Made by a program: the position numbers and the translations under genes. A stretch of 64,000 nucleotides of DNA from Candidatus Eiseniibacteriota bacterium. GTDB lineage: Bacteria; Eisenbacteria; RBG-16-71-46; CAVPCR01. The DNA lies in contig CAVPCR010000004.1 of NCBI GenBank assembly GCA_963702435.1, positions 694,752 through 758,751 on the forward strand, given 5' to 3'. Shown here piece after piece: positions 1 to 8,575 of the stretch (position 1 is the first letter of the stretch; every line of letters starts with the position of its first letter). The notes under the pieces were generated by a model. That model was given only the letters and a program-made list of their open reading frames with translations. It did not search any database and was not told the DNA's origin.

Positions 1-1231
1 TCGCGTCCTCGGCGGCGGACTGGTCCCCGGCGCCGTCATCCTGGTCGGCGGCGATCCGGGGATCGGCAAGTCCACGCTCCTCCTGCAGGCGGCGGCGGCG
101 ATGGCGCGCGCCGGCCGGCGCGCGCTCTACGTGACGGGCGAGGAGTCGGAGCGCCAGATCCGGCTTCGCGCGGAGAGGCTGGGCGCGGTCGAGGCCGCGG
201 TCCTCGTCGTCGCCGAGACCGAGATCGGGCGGGTGCGCGAGCACATCGCCGAGGTGGATCCCGAGATCGTGGTGGCCGATTCGGTGCAGACCCTCTACGC
301 GGCCGAGCTCCCGAGCGCTCCGGGCACCGTGAGCCAGGTGCGGCACTGCGCCTTCGAGCTGATCCGTGTGGCCAAGGAGAGCGGGCGCGCGGTCTTCCTG
401 GTCGGGCACGTGACCAAGGAGGGCGATGTCGCGGGACCGCGCGTCCTCGAGCACATGGTGGACGCCGTGCTCTACCTCGAGGGCGAGCGCTACCAGGAGC
501 TGCGCGTGCTCCGCGCGCAGAAGAACCGCTTCGGGGCGACGACCGAGATCGGCCTCTTCGAGATGATCGAGGCGGGGATGCGCGAGGTGGCCGATCCCTC
601 GGGCGCGTTCCTCGCCGGCCGCGCCAGCGGCGTGCCCGGCACCGCGGTGCTGGCGAGCCTCGAGGGGAACCGCGCGCTCCTCGTCGAGGTGCAGGCGCTC
701 GTCGCGCGTACGGTCTACGCCGCGCCCGACCGCCAGTCGACCGGGATCGATCGCCGCCGGCTCGCGGTGCTTCTCGCCGTGCTCGAGCGCCGCACCGAGG
801 TCACGCTCGGGAAGCGCGACGTGTTCGTGAGCGTGGCCGGCGGCCTCCATCTCGAGGAGACAGCGAGCGATCTCGCGCTCCTTCTCGCCATCGCCTCGGC
901 CCGCGCCGGCAAGGCCGTGCCCGCGGATCTGGTGGTGATGGGGGAGGTGGGGCTCGGCGGCGAGCTGCGGCGCGTGCGCGGGGTGGCGCGGCGGCTCGGC
1001 GAGGCGGCTCGCCTCGGGTTCGCGCGGGCGATCGTGCCGGCAGCCAACGCCGCCGACGGGCGCGGCATCGACCTCGAGATCATCGCCGCCGAGGATCTCA
1101 GGAGCGCGCTCGCGGCCGCGCTCGGCCCCGAGGCGATCACGCGGGCCGCGCTCCGCGAGGAGAGCCGGCGCGAGCGCGGCGGCGGTGCGCGGATGCTGCG
1201 TGCGCCGGACCGCACACCCTTGCCGCGCTAG
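1..1231 (+). CDS. radA: DNA repair protein RadA/Sms (5' truncated by window)
   Basis: Frame from position 2 reads RVLGGGLVPGAVILVGGDPGIGKSTLLLQ (Walker A); KNRFG motif; Lon-like C-terminal domain with GEVGLGGELR. Confidence 0.97.
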   Translation, partial: RVLGGGLVPGAVILVGGDPGIGKSTLLLQAAAAMARAGRRALYVTGEESERQIRLRAERLGAVEAAVLVVAETEIGRVREHIAEVDPEIVVADSVQTLYAAELPSAPGTVSQVRHCAFELIRVAKESGRAVFLVGHVTKEGDVAGPRVLEHMVDAVLYLEGERYQELRVLRAQKNRFGATTEIGLFEMIEAGMREVADPSGAFLAGRASGVPGTAVLASLEGNRALLVEVQALVARTVYAAPDRQSTGIDRRRLAVLLAVLERRTEVTLGKRDVFVSVAGGLHLEETASDLALLLAIASARAGKAVPADLVVMGEVGLGGELRRVRGVARRLGEAARLGFARAIVPAANAADGRGIDLEIIAAEDLRSALAAALGPEAITRAALREESRRERGGGARMLRAPDRTPLPR

Positions 1232-1448
1232 CATCCGTCGAGAACGACGCGGTGCGAGGCGCGAAGGGGAGGGGCCGACGGCGAGTTCCGCAGCGCGCCG
1301 TCATGCGCGGTGGGTGGTCGACATGCGCCGGAGGCCCGCCGGCGCGTGAGGACTGTTCGAAGCCGGAGGCCCCTTCCCGAGCGACTCGCCTGCCCGCCGG
1401 TGCCCGCCGGTGCTCGCCGCAGTGACTCGTCGGAGTGGCCAGGCGGGC

Positions 1449-2270
1449 CTACGCCATCGTCTGCCCGCCGCAGAGGTTGAGCGTCTGCCCGGTCATCCCC
1501 GCGGCCGCGTCCGACGCCAGATAGTGGACGAGGGAGGCGACCTCCGCGGGCTCGATCATGCGTCCGAGCGGCACCCCGCGCATCGCCTGCGCCAGGAACT
1601 CCTCGAAGGTGACGCCGCCGGCCGCCGCCTGCGCCCGCATGCTGGCGACCGACATCTCGGTAGAGACCCAGCCCGGTGCGATCGCATTCACGGTGATGCG
1701 CTCCGGGGCGAGCTCGAGCGCGAGCGCCCGCGTGAAGCCGATGACCCCGTGCTTCGCCGTGCAGTAGGCGGCGAATCCGGGCACGCCGAAGCGACCGAGC
1801 ACCGAGGAGATGTTGACGATGCGCCCGCGCGGTCCCGTCATGTGCGGGAGGACGGCGCGCGTCACGTGCCAGACCGCATCCAGGTTGACGGCGAGGATGT
1901 CGCGCCAGAGCGTGTCGCGCTCGTCGAGGCCGTCGCCTGGAGCCGCACCGCGGAGCGGCGTCCAGCCGGTGCCGCCGGCATTGTTGACGAGGATGTCGAT
2001 CCCGCCCCACGCCGCATGCACATCGGCCACGAAGCGGCGGGTGGCGGTGGGATCGCGCAGATCGCACGCTGCGGCGTACGCGTTGCCGCCGGCGGCGGTG
2101 ATCTCCGCCGCGACGCGGGTCACGGGCGCGAGCTGGCGCCCGCAGAGTGCGACCCGGGCCCCGGCGGCCGCCAGGCAGAGCGCCGTGGCGTGTCCGATGC
2201 CGGCGCCGCCGCCGGTGACGATGGCGGTGCGGCCGGCGAGATCGGTCGTCGGTGGAGAGGTGTCCTTCAT
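1449..2270 (-). CDS. Short-chain dehydrogenase/reductase (FabG-like)
   Basis: TGGGAGIG, NNAG and YCTAK (YxxxK) motifs; ATG at 2270 is 12 nt after the GT4 stop. Confidence 0.92.
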   Translation of the reverse strand: MKDTSPPTTDLAGRTAIVTGGGAGIGHATALCLAAAGARVALCGRQLAPVTRVAAEITAAGGNAYAAACDLRDPTATRRFVADVHAAWGGIDILVNNAGGTGWTPLRGAAPGDGLDERDTLWRDILAVNLDAVWHVTRAVLPHMTGPRGRIVNISSVLGRFGVPGFAAYCTAKHGVIGFTRALALELAPERITVNAIAPGWVSTEMSVASMRAQAAAGGVTFEEFLAQAMRGVPLGRMIEPAEVASLVHYLASDAAAGMTGQTLNLCGGQTMA

Positions 2271-2281
2271 GGCGCTCGATT

Positions 2282-3466
2282 CTAGCGGAGGGTGGATCCG
2301 CCTGCCAGCTCGGCGATCGCGGCGACCAGGCGCGCCCACGTCGTGTCGGCACGGCGCGCGGCGATCGCCCGCGCCATGGCGGCGCGGTCGGCCTCGCCAT
2401 AGAAGCGCGCGATCGCGGCGGCGAGTGCCGCGGGATCGCCGGGCGGCACCAGGTAGCCGGTCTCGCCCTCGCCGACGAACTCGGGCAGCCCGCCCACGTT
2501 CGTCGTCACCACCGGTCGGTCGTAGCGATAGGCGATCTGCACGATGCCGCTCTGCGTCGCCGAGAGATAGGGGAGGACGACGAGATCGGCGGCGACGAAG
2601 TAGCGCGGCACCGCCTCGTTCGGCGTGTAGCCGGGGACGAGCGTGACGCGATCGGCGATCCCGAGGCTCGAGATCTGCTCGCGGTAGGGGGCCTCGTCCT
2701 CGTAGAAATCGCCGACCACGAGGAGCCGGAAGTCCGGGCCGAGGCGGGCGCGGAGCGCGGGCACCGCCGCGAGCAGGACATGGAGTCCCTTGTAGGCCTT
2801 GATGAAGCCGAAGAAGAGGATCACGCGGCTCTCGCCGATCCCGAGCTCGCGCCGCGCGGTCGCCTGGTCGGGCGGTGCCGCTTCTGCGAAGTCGTAGGTC
2901 GGATGGGGCACCAGGCGGACCCGCCCCGGATCGGTGCGCGGGAGGAGCGTGTAGAGCTCGCCCTCGACCGCCTTGGACTGGGCGATGTAGGCGTCCATCT
3001 GCCCGAGACCCAGGCGGGTGATGAAACGGCCGAGCGGCCAGCGCTCGTGCGGGATCACGTTGTCGAGGATGGCGATCACGCGGACCCCGGGCCCGCGGCG
3101 AAGGAGCCAGGCCACGGCGAAGTAGCCCGGACCGAAGAACGGGATCCACCATTTGAGGACGAGCGCGCGCGCGCCGCTCCGCTGGACCGCGCGCGCGGTG
3201 CGCCACCAGGACCAGGGACTCCACGGCACGAAGAGGGGCGTGTTCGGGACCGGGATCGCGGCCGCGCCGGAGTCTCGCTGGTCGCTTCCCGGGAAGCGGA
3301 GCTTGCGCACGAGCGGCAGGTCGGGCACGCGCTCGGGATACTGCTTCCGGAAGCCGACGAAGGTGACCTCGTGTCCCGCTGCTCGGAGCTCGCGATGGAG
3401 GAGCGCGAGGTAGTGCGCGATGCCGCCGCGGAGCGGATGGGCCGGCCCGAGGAGGGCGAGCTTCAC
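2282..3466 (-). CDS. Glycosyltransferase family 4 (GT-B)
   Basis: KLALLGPAHPLRGGIAHY N-terminus, FFGFIKAYKG, LPYLSATQSGI, TNVGGLPE; GTG start overlaps the GT9 stop (GTGA). Confidence 0.92.
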   Translation of the reverse strand: MKLALLGPAHPLRGGIAHYLALLHRELRAAGHEVTFVGFRKQYPERVPDLPLVRKLRFPGSDQRDSGAAAIPVPNTPLFVPWSPWSWWRTARAVQRSGARALVLKWWIPFFGPGYFAVAWLLRRGPGVRVIAILDNVIPHERWPLGRFITRLGLGQMDAYIAQSKAVEGELYTLLPRTDPGRVRLVPHPTYDFAEAAPPDQATARRELGIGESRVILFFGFIKAYKGLHVLLAAVPALRARLGPDFRLLVVGDFYEDEAPYREQISSLGIADRVTLVPGYTPNEAVPRYFVAADLVVLPYLSATQSGIVQIAYRYDRPVVTTNVGGLPEFVGEGETGYLVPPGDPAALAAAIARFYGEADRAAMARAIAARRADTTWARLVAAIAELAGGSTLR

Positions 3467-4554
3467 CGTCCGGCCCGGGCCGTCCCGCCGGAGGGCAGGT
3501 GGCGGAGGCAGGCCTCGACGACGCGCGGCACCTCGATCGCCCGCATGCACTCGCGCGCGCACACCGGCCGGTAGTAGCAGTCGCAGGGCACCGACGGCTC
3601 GAGGATCTCGCCGCGGCCGTAGAGCTCGAACTCGTGCCGGTTGAAGATGTTGTTGAAGAGGACGAGCGGCTTCCGGAGCCCGATTGCGATGTGCATGGCC
3701 ATGGTCACGGCGGTGACCACGAGATCGGTCTGGCCGACGAGGTCGATGAACCCGGCGAGCGGGAAGTGACCCGCGTAGGCGGCGCCGCTCGCCGCGGCGA
3801 TGCGCCGGTTCTTCTCCTCCTCGGCGGCGCCGCCGAGGAGGAGGACGCCCAGGCCGCGGGCGCGGAGTTCCCGCGCGCATGCGATCCAGTGCTCCTCCGG
3901 CCACAGGCGGGAGACCCAGCGCCCGCCGCAGCCCGTGTTGAGTCCGACGAGCGGGTGCGGGACGCCGAGATCCCAGGCGCCCGCCGGCGGCCGGTCGAGG
4001 ATGTACTCCTCGCCGGCGAAGGGTACCCCCGCGATCTCGAAGATCTCGGCGACATAGCTCTTCCGGTTGGCCTTGCTCACGTCGTCGAAGATGCCGGTCA
4101 GGAACTTGTCCTCGGCGTTCGCATCGGCGGGCGCGGGGACGCCGCCCGCGAGCACGAAGCCCTTGCGGGCGCGGGCCGGGATGCTGCCGGCGAGCGCGCA
4201 GGCCTCGGGGTCCTTGTCGAGGTTGAGCACGAGATCGAACTCGGTGGCCGTGAGGCGGAGGAACGCGGCCAGGTCGAGAGCGAGGACCTGGTCGACGGCC
4301 GAGCGCGGAACGACCTCCGGGGAGTGCGTGACCCAGGTCAAGTGGGCCGCCGGGAAGTCGCGGCGGAGGCGATGGAGGAGCGGCGTCGTGCGGATCACGT
4401 CGCCGATCGCCCCCAGCTTGATGAGGACGATACGCTCGGCGATCGGCGCATAGTGCGGGCAGTCAGTGCAGTGCACGCCGTCCTGCTTGTGCGGAACGCA
4501 CGGCACGTCGCCTCTGAAGTGACGGCAGTCGGCTTTCCAGAGCGGTTGGTTCAT
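3463..4554 (-). CDS. Glycosyltransferase family 9 (ADP-heptose:LPS heptosyltransferase-like) with Cys-rich N-terminus
   Basis: IKLGAIGDVIRTTP and WPEEHW motifs, T-x-x-MHIA; N-terminal CRHF..PC..H..C..C. Confidence 0.88.
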   Translation of the reverse strand: MNQPLWKADCRHFRGDVPCVPHKQDGVHCTDCPHYAPIAERIVLIKLGAIGDVIRTTPLLHRLRRDFPAAHLTWVTHSPEVVPRSAVDQVLALDLAAFLRLTATEFDLVLNLDKDPEACALAGSIPARARKGFVLAGGVPAPADANAEDKFLTGIFDDVSKANRKSYVAEIFEIAGVPFAGEEYILDRPPAGAWDLGVPHPLVGLNTGCGGRWVSRLWPEEHWIACARELRARGLGVLLLGGAAEEEKNRRIAAASGAAYAGHFPLAGFIDLVGQTDLVVTAVTMAMHIAIGLRKPLVLFNNIFNRHEFELYGRGEILEPSVPCDCYYRPVCARECMRAIEVPRVVEACLRHLPSGGTARAGR

Positions 4555-4676
4555 CGTCGGATCGTCACGTCCGGGAGCGGCGGATCCTCTTGCAGATCGG
4601 TTCCGGCCGGCCGGATAATGGCGCGTCGCCGCGCGAGCGGCAACGGTAAAGCAGGGGCGGCAACGAAGGGGGGACG

Positions 4677-5381
4677 ATGCGCCAGGCGCTCATCGTGGTG
4701 GCCGCGGGCGGCGGGCAGCGCCTCGGCCGGTCGATCGAGAAGCCCTACGTCGAGCTGGACGGCCGGCCCCTGGTCTGGCACGGGCTCAAGGCGCTCGACG
4801 GGCCCGGGCTCTTCCACCAGCGCATCGTGGTCGTCGCCCCGGGGGCGGAGGCACGCTTCCGCGAGGAGGTGCTCGCCCGCTTCCCCCTCGTCCACCCGGT
4901 CGAGCTCGTGGCGGGCGGGGAGACCCGGCAGGAGTCGGTGTACCGGGGGCTCACCCGCGTGAGCGACGACATGGACCTCGTCGCCATCCACGATGGCGCG
5001 CGTCCCCTGATCGACGAGGCGGCGGTGCGCGCCACGTTCGGCGCCTGCGAGGGCGTGGACGGCGCTCTCGTCGCGCTGCCGGTGCACGATGCGCTCAAGC
5101 GCGTCGAGGGGGATCTGGTGGTCGAGGACGTCGTGCGCTCCGGGCTGTGGCGGGCGCAGACGCCGCAGACCTTCTGGACGAAGTCGATCCGCGCCGCCCA
5201 CGAGGCGGCGCGCGCCGAGGGTCTGGATGCGCTCGATGACGCGGCGCTCGTCACCCGCCGGGGCGGCCGCGTGCGCGTGATTCAGGGCACCAAGAGCAAT
5301 CTCAAGATCACGGTACCCGAGGATCTCCGGCTCGCCGCGCTCCTGCTCCGCGTGCGCGAGGCCTCGCATCACGAGGCCTGA
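4677..5381 (+). CDS. ispD: 2-C-methyl-D-erythritol 4-phosphate cytidylyltransferase
   Basis: AAGGGQRLG, GGETRQESV, IHDGARP, AQTPQ, NLKITVPEDL. Confidence 0.95.
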   Translation: MRQALIVVAAGGGQRLGRSIEKPYVELDGRPLVWHGLKALDGPGLFHQRIVVVAPGAEARFREEVLARFPLVHPVELVAGGETRQESVYRGLTRVSDDMDLVAIHDGARPLIDEAAVRATFGACEGVDGALVALPVHDALKRVEGDLVVEDVVRSGLWRAQTPQTFWTKSIRAAHEAARAEGLDALDDAALVTRRGGRVRVIQGTKSNLKITVPEDLRLAALLLRVREASHHEA

Positions 5382-5431
5382 CGCGGGTCGTGCCGGGCGC
5401 GGACTCCGGATCGGGAGGGAGGCGTAGAGGC

Positions 5432-5941
5432 GTGGTGGACTGGATTCAACGGGCCGGCATCGGCTATGACATCCATCGGCTGGTGCCCGGCCGGCGCCTC
5501 GTTCTCGGCGGCGTCGAGATTCCCCATCCGACGGGACTCGCCGGGCACTCGGACGCCGATGTCGCCGCCCACGCGATCGGCTCGGCGCTCCTCGGCGCCC
5601 TCGCCCTCGGCGATCTCGGGCAGCACTTCCCGCCCGGCGATCCGCGCTTCGCCGATATCTCGAGCTGCGTGCTTCTCGAGCGGATCGCCGCGCTTGTCCG
5701 CGACCGCGGCGCCGAGATCGTCAATGTGGACGTGACCGTGGTCGCCGAGGCGCCGCGGCTCGCGCCGCATATCCAGTCCATGCGCGAGCGGCTGGCGCGC
5801 GCGCTCGGGGTCGCGGTCGCGCGGGTAGCGGTGAAGGCCGCGACGAACGAGGGGTGCGATGCGATCGGGCGCGGCGAGGCGATCGCCGCGCACGCCGTCG
5901 CCGCCGTGCGGGAGCCCGCCGCGCCCGGACCGGGCGATTAA
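5432..5941 (+). CDS. ispF: 2-C-methyl-D-erythritol 2,4-cyclodiphosphate synthase
   Basis: GIGYDIH, GHSDADV, GDLGQHFP, GRGEAIAA; follows ispD; start approximate. Confidence 0.95.
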   Translation: MVDWIQRAGIGYDIHRLVPGRRLVLGGVEIPHPTGLAGHSDADVAAHAIGSALLGALALGDLGQHFPPGDPRFADISSCVLLERIAALVRDRGAEIVNVDVTVVAEAPRLAPHIQSMRERLARALGVAVARVAVKAATNEGCDAIGRGEAIAAHAVAAVREPAAPGPGD

Positions 5942-5946
5942 CGTCG

Positions 5947-8184
5947 CTACCGGACCTCGCCGCGCACGCCGAAGTTGTCGAGGCAGAGCATCGCCTTGTC
6001 GGTCGAGTTCTGCGCCCAGAGGGTGATCGTGAAACGATCCTTCCCGGCGACGAGCGCGGTCAGATCGTGGGTGATATCACGATTGTCGAGCGCGGCCCCC
6101 GCCGCGACCGGACTCGAGCGGCCGCCCGCCTTGAGCTCGATGCGCACGGCCGTTCCGCGCAGCACGAGGTCGTAGATCTCGGCGCGCGCGAACTTCCGGC
6201 CGGGCGCCGCGGTGAACGTGTAGGCGACCTGCCCCGACTTCCCCGGATGCAAGGACAGGCCGTAGGTGCCGGGATAGAAGCCCTCGATGAGCTCCGCATC
6301 GCGGCGCGAGAACCCGCCGCGGGCGAGGTCGTCCTTGTACTCGAAGGTTCCGCTGAGCGGAGCGGCGAGCCCGGCCGCGACGAGGCCCTTCTCCATTCGC
6401 TCGAGATCGTCGACCGCGTTCTTTCCGATCCGGCCCGCCGTGGCGAGCTCCGCGGCCTGGCCCTTCGCCGCCGTGAGCTTGGCGGTCGCCGCCACGCGAT
6501 CCTCATCGCGCCCCGATCGCTTGTAGCGATCCATCGCGGCAGTCGCTTCCATCTGGAGCTGGGCGGCGCGGAGGAGGTCGGCGTCCGCCTTGAGGCGCGC
6601 CTTGACCGGCGGCGGCTCGGCCTGCGCGAGCCGATCGAGCTGCGCGACCGCCGCCGTCAGCTGGTCGGTCGAGTAGATCCCCGCGGCGCTCTGCGCATCG
6701 CCGGTGATCGCGCGATCGGCCGGGACGTTCTCGACCGGCCGGCGGAGATCCTTCACCACCTCGATCACACGCGGGGCGGCCGGGCCGTAGCGGGCGCGGC
6801 AGAGGTCGGCGAGGATGCTGTCGGCATCGGCTCCCGGGTTCCACATGAGCTCGAGATCCACGGCCATGAGGAGATCGCTCATGAACCCGCGCTGCAGGTA
6901 CTCGCGGGACATGCCGCGGGTGCCGGCCTTCTCGTACGTGCGCAGGTTCCCGGCCAGCACGTCGATCGTCAGGTCGGGAACGGGCCACGGGCACGCGTAA
7001 TCCCGGGCCATGATCTGGCGCGCGATCCCCGCCCAGCCGTCCAGGCGGCGCTTGAATGCGGCGTTCGTCGAGCAACCGCGCTCGTCGATGGCATGCACCT
7101 GGCACACGCTGAAGCGCGCCACCACCGGGATCAGGTTGGCGTTCAGGCGGATGCCCTTCTCGTAGGGCGGCTCGACGAGATCGGCATAGGCGTAGAACGC
7201 GAGATAGCGATCGGGGTGGCGCGCGGCCACGCGCTCGGCGACCTTGTTCGCGAAGCGGACGTAGCGCGTGGTGAGATCGGGGCCGTCGCTCTTGCAGGCC
7301 GTGCACGTGCAGAAGCGACTGCCGTCGTTCGGGCTCAGGCTGCCGATCTGGAGGTCGGGCTCGCGCGTGAAGCGGTCGATCCAGTGCTGGGCCGCGATCG
7401 CGATGACGTCCGCGTTCGACGTGCAGAGCTGGCCGTCAGCGACGCGCTTGCCGCCGACCTCGGCGAAGTACTCCGGGTGGTCCTTGAAGTAGGTGGCCGG
7501 CGGCATCATCTCCGCGTAGTAGTGCCTGATGATCGCCCGCGTGCCGCCGCCGCGGTGCCGGCGAGCGAAGAGCTTCAAGGCCTGGCGCTCGGCGTCGGCC
7601 GCGCCGGCGAGGACGTTCTCGTTGAACCAGGCTTGCCGGAGGTCGAGCGCCGGCCGCACCCGGCGGAGCCCCTCCGGAACGCGCACGGTCCAGCTCTTCG
7701 GCACCGTGACCCCGTCGGGGCCGGGAGCATGGACGCGCACTCCGAGGTAGGCGGCCGCCACATCATAGATGGCATTGGCGGTGGCCGCGGGATCGGGGCC
7801 CGCGAGAGCCAGGGTCGTCTGGTCGGCGCGGATCGCATAACCACCCGCCCCGAGCTCGGCCGGGAGGACCGCAAGCCCGGCAGTGAGGGCGGGTTTGCCG
7901 ATGAGGATCGCCGGCCCGCGGGGCCGGGCGCCGCCCTGCTGGAGCTCGGGCGACCCGCCGCCGGCGGCCGCGATCCACTCCCGGAGGTCCGAGACCGCCT
8001 GCGCCAGGTCGGGGTCCTTGACCTCTGCGGGGTCGACGAGGAGGGCGGCCGAGCGGCCGTTCTCGATCAGCGGAAACTCGCCGCGGGCGGGGGAGGTCGC
8101 AACCAGCGCGGCGACAAGAGGCAGGGCGCAGGAAACCGCAAGGGCCGCCCGGGTCCGGCGGGCGGGGCCGGCAAGAGCCATCAT
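5947..8184 (-). CDS. Secreted DUF4838-like (putative glycoside-hydrolase-fold) protein
   Basis: Signal-peptide-like N-terminus; HPEYFA..GKR...QLCTSN and SPNDGSRFCTCTAC motifs typical of DUF4838 proteins. Confidence 0.7.
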   Translation of the reverse strand: MMALAGPARRTRAALAVSCALPLVAALVATSPARGEFPLIENGRSAALLVDPAEVKDPDLAQAVSDLREWIAAAGGGSPELQQGGARPRGPAILIGKPALTAGLAVLPAELGAGGYAIRADQTTLALAGPDPAATANAIYDVAAAYLGVRVHAPGPDGVTVPKSWTVRVPEGLRRVRPALDLRQAWFNENVLAGAADAERQALKLFARRHRGGGTRAIIRHYYAEMMPPATYFKDHPEYFAEVGGKRVADGQLCTSNADVIAIAAQHWIDRFTREPDLQIGSLSPNDGSRFCTCTACKSDGPDLTTRYVRFANKVAERVAARHPDRYLAFYAYADLVEPPYEKGIRLNANLIPVVARFSVCQVHAIDERGCSTNAAFKRRLDGWAGIARQIMARDYACPWPVPDLTIDVLAGNLRTYEKAGTRGMSREYLQRGFMSDLLMAVDLELMWNPGADADSILADLCRARYGPAAPRVIEVVKDLRRPVENVPADRAITGDAQSAAGIYSTDQLTAAVAQLDRLAQAEPPPVKARLKADADLLRAAQLQMEATAAMDRYKRSGRDEDRVAATAKLTAAKGQAAELATAGRIGKNAVDDLERMEKGLVAAGLAAPLSGTFEYKDDLARGGFSRRDAELIEGFYPGTYGLSLHPGKSGQVAYTFTAAPGRKFARAEIYDLVLRGTAVRIELKAGGRSSPVAAGAALDNRDITHDLTALVAGKDRFTITLWAQNSTDKAMLCLDNFGVRGEVR

Positions 8185-8331
8185 GGCACGGTTATAGCAC
8201 ACGCGCCGAGACCCGGACCGGAGCGCAGCTCCCGGGCGGCGCGCCCCGCTCCCCGGTCGGGCCCTCGATCATCTCTCTAAGAGAAGCAATCATAATATGT
8301 TACCGGGTTACCCCCGGCTTCACAATGGACA

Positions 8332-8361
8332 TTGACAGAATCACCATCCGGCTATTAATGT
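8332..8361 (+). promoter_or_regulatory. Putative sigma70 promoter for the peptidase gene
   Basis: TTGACA at 8332-8337 followed by AT-rich TATTAATGT at 8353-8361 in a divergent intergenic region. Confidence 0.55.
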
Positions 8362-8575
8362 GATAGGGAGCCCTCCACCCGTCAGCCAAGACCAACTCGG
8401 GGCTTGAGCTTCGAGCAAGAGGGGAGTCCCGGCCTCTTCGCACGCGCTCTTCGCACGTACGGGCCAGGTTACGACCAGCAGCCGGCACCACCAATTCGAG
8501 CCCAGCAATGGGTTCTCGGCCGGGCCCGGAAAAGCACCCGCACACCCATCAGGACAATTCCGAGGAGAGTGAATC

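Noticed and set aside
8455..8495. c-di-GMP-I riboswitch in the peptidase leader
   Set aside because: Vague CGGGCC...CAGCCGG similarity only; the GCAAA/GNRA first hairpin is missing
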